Virus record (IMG/VR): IMGVR_UViG_3300022741_000079
Coordinates: 1-34,894 of that record
Source of the DNA: a virus
Lineage: Duplodnaviria; Caudoviricetes
Strand: one strand, 5' to 3'
Length of the DNA: 34,894 nucleotides
Below are positions 32,945-34,894 of this stretch, piece by piece (the first letter of the stretch is position 1; each line of letters starts with the position of its first letter). Position numbers and translations under genes: made by a program. The notes beneath the pieces were generated by a model, which did no database searches, was not told where the DNA came from, and saw only the letters and a list, made by a program, of their open reading frames with translations.

Positions 32945-33585
32945 CCATCATCACCGGCGACTGCACCGAGGTGCTGAAGACCCTGCCCGACGCCAGCGTG
33001 GATCTGGTGCTGACCGACCCGCCCTACTTCGTCGCGTACCGCGACAGGTACGGCCGCCGCGTCCGGAACGACGGCGCCGGCGACACGGCCGTCCTCGGCG
33101 CTTTCGCCGAGGTGTACCGTGTCATGAAGCCGGACACGCTCTGCGTATCCTTTTATGGATGGCAGGCCATCGATGCCTTCATGGCCGCATGGAAGGCCGC
33201 GGGCCTGACGCCCGTCGAGCATATCGTCTGGCGCAAGAAGTACGCATCCAGCCGCCGCTTCCTGAAGCGCACCCACGAGCAGGCCTATGTCCTCGCCAAG
33301 GGTCGGCCTTCCCTGCCCCGCCAGCCGCTCGACGACGTGCAGCCGTGGCACTATTCCGGCAACCGCTTCCACCCGACCGAAAAGGCGGTCGAAACGCTCT
33401 CGCCCCTCATCGAGGCTTTCACCGACCCCGGCGACGTCGTGCTCGACCCGTTCGCCGGCAGCGGCAGCACGCTGGCCGCCGCCGCGCTGCTGCGCCGCAA
33501 ATACATCGGCATCGAGCTGGAACCCACATATTGCGCACACGCGCACAAACGCCTCAAAGGCGTGGCGCGTTATCTGGCCGCGTGA
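32941..33585 (+). CDS. Beta-class amino-methyltransferase, M.EcoGIX/YubD-like plasmid family
   Basis: VLTDPPY, SFYGW..IDAFMAAWK.AG, HEQAYVLAKGRP, YSGNRFHPTEK, VLDPFAGSGST. Confidence 0.88.
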   Translation: MTIITGDCTEVLKTLPDASVDLVLTDPPYFVAYRDRYGRRVRNDGAGDTAVLGAFAEVYRVMKPDTLCVSFYGWQAIDAFMAAWKAAGLTPVEHIVWRKKYASSRRFLKRTHEQAYVLAKGRPSLPRQPLDDVQPWHYSGNRFHPTEKAVETLSPLIEAFTDPGDVVLDPFAGSGSTLAAAALLRRKYIGIELEPTYCAHAHKRLKGVARYLAA

Positions 33586-33898
33586 CGGCCTCCCGGGCGC
33601 TTTCGTCCGACCACAGCAGGCGCTCGGCCGTCCGCGCGATCGACGCGCGCTTGCGCCGCGCTTCGCCCTTCAGCAGCGGAATGGTGCGCCACCAACCCAC
33701 GGCGGGCTCGACCTCGCACCGCTTCAGCGTGACGGTCAGCCATTCCGCGTCGGCCTTGACCACCTGCCCGACCAGCTTGCGCGTCCCGATCTTCACCGGC
33801 TTTGCCTTCTTGCGGCGCGTCGGTTTCCAGACCGCCTCCGTCCAGCGGATGACGTCGCCCTCGATGATGTCCTGCCCGCATGTCGTCCAATTTGCCAT
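33554..33898 (-). CDS. Hypothetical basic protein, 114 aa
   Basis: MANWTT...GDVIRWTEAVW...RLLWSDESAR; divergent from parA. Confidence 0.6.
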   Translation of the reverse strand: MANWTTCGQDIIEGDVIRWTEAVWKPTRRKKAKPVKIGTRKLVGQVVKADAEWLTVTLKRCEVEPAVGWWRTIPLLKGEARRKRASIARTAERLLWSDESAREAVTRPDNAPRL

Positions 33899-33912
33899 CT
33901 GCTGCCCCGCTG

Positions 33913-33996
33913 TGAGTAAATGAGTAGGTGAGTATATGAAGCCAAGCCCTTGAAGTTTTGAGGGTTTGAGTATTTGAAGTTTTGAGGCTATACTCA
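33913..33996 (+). repeat. 8-bp periodic repeats: centromere/operator (parH-like) overlapping the parA promoter
   Basis: TGA(G/A) units at 33913, 33921, 33929, 33937 and 33951, 33959, 33967, 33975, 33983; inverted ACTCA at 33992; TTGAGT-N17-TATACT promoter. Confidence 0.8.
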
Positions 33997-34023
33997 CGCG
34001 CAGGGGACAGCAAGAGGCAAAGA

Positions 34024-34680
34024 ATGACAGTCATATCGCTCCTGAACCAGAAGGGCGGGGTCGGCAAGACCACGCTCTCTATCCACATCGCAACCGCACT
34101 GGCCGAATGCGGCACCGTGCTGCTGGTCGATGCCGACCCGCAAGGCTCGGCGCTCGACTGGAAAGCGCAGCGCAGCGCGCCGGACAAGTTTCCGGTCATC
34201 GGCCTGCCCAAGCCGACGCTGCACCGCGAGGTCAGCGCCATCGGCCAGCATTACGACTGGATCGTCATCGACGGCCCGCCGCGGGTGAACGAGCTGGCCA
34301 AGTCCGCCATCGCCGCCAGCGACATCGTCCTGATACCCGTCCAGCCGTCACCCTTCGACGTCTGGGCCGCGCAGGACATCATTGACCTCGTGAACGAATG
34401 TTCGGTCATCAAGCCCGACCTCCAGACCCGCTTCGTCATCAACCGGCTTTTCTCCGGCACGAAGCTCGGGGCAGAGGTCAACGAAGCCCTTGCGGGTTTC
34501 GAAATCCCTGTCATGCACGCCGCCATCCGGAACCGGACGGAATATGCAAAGGCCGTGCGCCTCGGCATGACGGCCGTCGAAACCGAACCCGCAAGCCCCG
34601 CCGCGCAGGACGTACAGGCGCTGGCGCAGGAAATCCGCGCTCTGATGGTCAGGGAGAGCCTTAATGTCGCAGCAGGTTAA
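34024..34680 (+). CDS. parA: ParA (type Ib, ParF-like) partition ATPase
   Basis: NQKGGVGKTT, LVDADPQGS, VIDGPP, IPVQPSPFD; short form with no N-terminal HTH. Confidence 0.92.
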   Translation: MTVISLLNQKGGVGKTTLSIHIATALAECGTVLLVDADPQGSALDWKAQRSAPDKFPVIGLPKPTLHREVSAIGQHYDWIVIDGPPRVNELAKSAIAASDIVLIPVQPSPFDVWAAQDIIDLVNECSVIKPDLQTRFVINRLFSGTKLGAEVNEALAGFEIPVMHAAIRNRTEYAKAVRLGMTAVETEPASPAAQDVQALAQEIRALMVRESLNVAAG

Positions 34681-34894
34681 TTGGGGGCAGCGCCCCTCGA
34701 AGAAGCCGGAGGGCAGCGCCGTTGCCACCGAACAGCTGGAAGCCTTCGTCAACCCGAAGGCCAAGACCAAACGCCTGAACGCCGAAATCCCGAGCGACCT
34801 GCATGCCCGCGTCAAAGCAGGCTGCGCGCTTGAGGGCAGGGAAATGACGGATGTCCTTATCGAGCTTCTGGAACAGCGGTTTCCAGCGCGTTGA
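34664..34894 (+). CDS. ParG-like ribbon-helix-helix centromere-binding protein
   Basis: KRLNAEIPSDLHARVKAGCALEGREMTDVLIELL; flexible N-terminus; overlaps parA. Confidence 0.8.
   Translation: MSQQVNWGQRPSKKPEGSAVATEQLEAFVNPKAKTKRLNAEIPSDLHARVKAGCALEGREMTDVLIELLEQRFPAR

Larger units (their letters stand above)
25649..34894. mobile_element. Plasmid-derived backbone (leading region, R-M, resolvase, partition)
   Basis: Gene content and cis elements listed above. Confidence 0.75.

Noticed and set aside
9820-34806. GCATGC avoidance as support for SphI-like specificity
   Set aside because: At least six sites seen by eye (9820, 12121, 12609, 15964, 16794, 34801); no clear depletion without a proper count.
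1-34894. Diversity-generating retroelement, as in BPP-1-like phages
   Set aside because: No reverse transcriptase, TR/VR pair or tail fibre gene in this window.

Overview
GC-rich window, probably from an alphaproteobacterial host (inferred), holding most of a temperate short-tailed phage fused to a plasmid backbone, i.e. a probable phage-plasmid. 1-14.5 kb (minus strand) is a T7/BPP-1-like virion and packaging operon: terS, three inserted genes, terL, portal, scaffold, major capsid, tail tubular A and B, and internal virion proteins including a lytic transglycosylase. 14.8-19.6 kb is a lambdoid switch and replication region: an initiator with internal palindromic iterons, divergent cro and cI, and three TTCG-N7-CGAA operators. 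19.6-25.6 kb is an operon of small early genes, including a Lar-like protein. 25.65-34.9 kb is plasmid-like: two ~185-220 nt imperfect hairpins resembling single-stranded-DNA (Frpo-type) promoters, each ahead of genes typical of conjugative leading regions (small SSB-like protein, long ParB-domain protein, M.EcoGIX/YubD-like methyltransferase), a C-protein-regulated SphI/NspI-like type II R-M cassette, a small tyrosine resolvase with a palindromic site, and a ParA/ParG-type partition locus with an 8-bp-periodic centromere. The most notable signal is ssDNA-entry (conjugation-type) machinery inside a dsDNA phage genome, which suggests an element that may move both as virions and by mobilisation. 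No relaxase, oriT, lysis genes or canonical integrase are seen in the window. All protein family calls come from motif recognition and memory, not from database searches.
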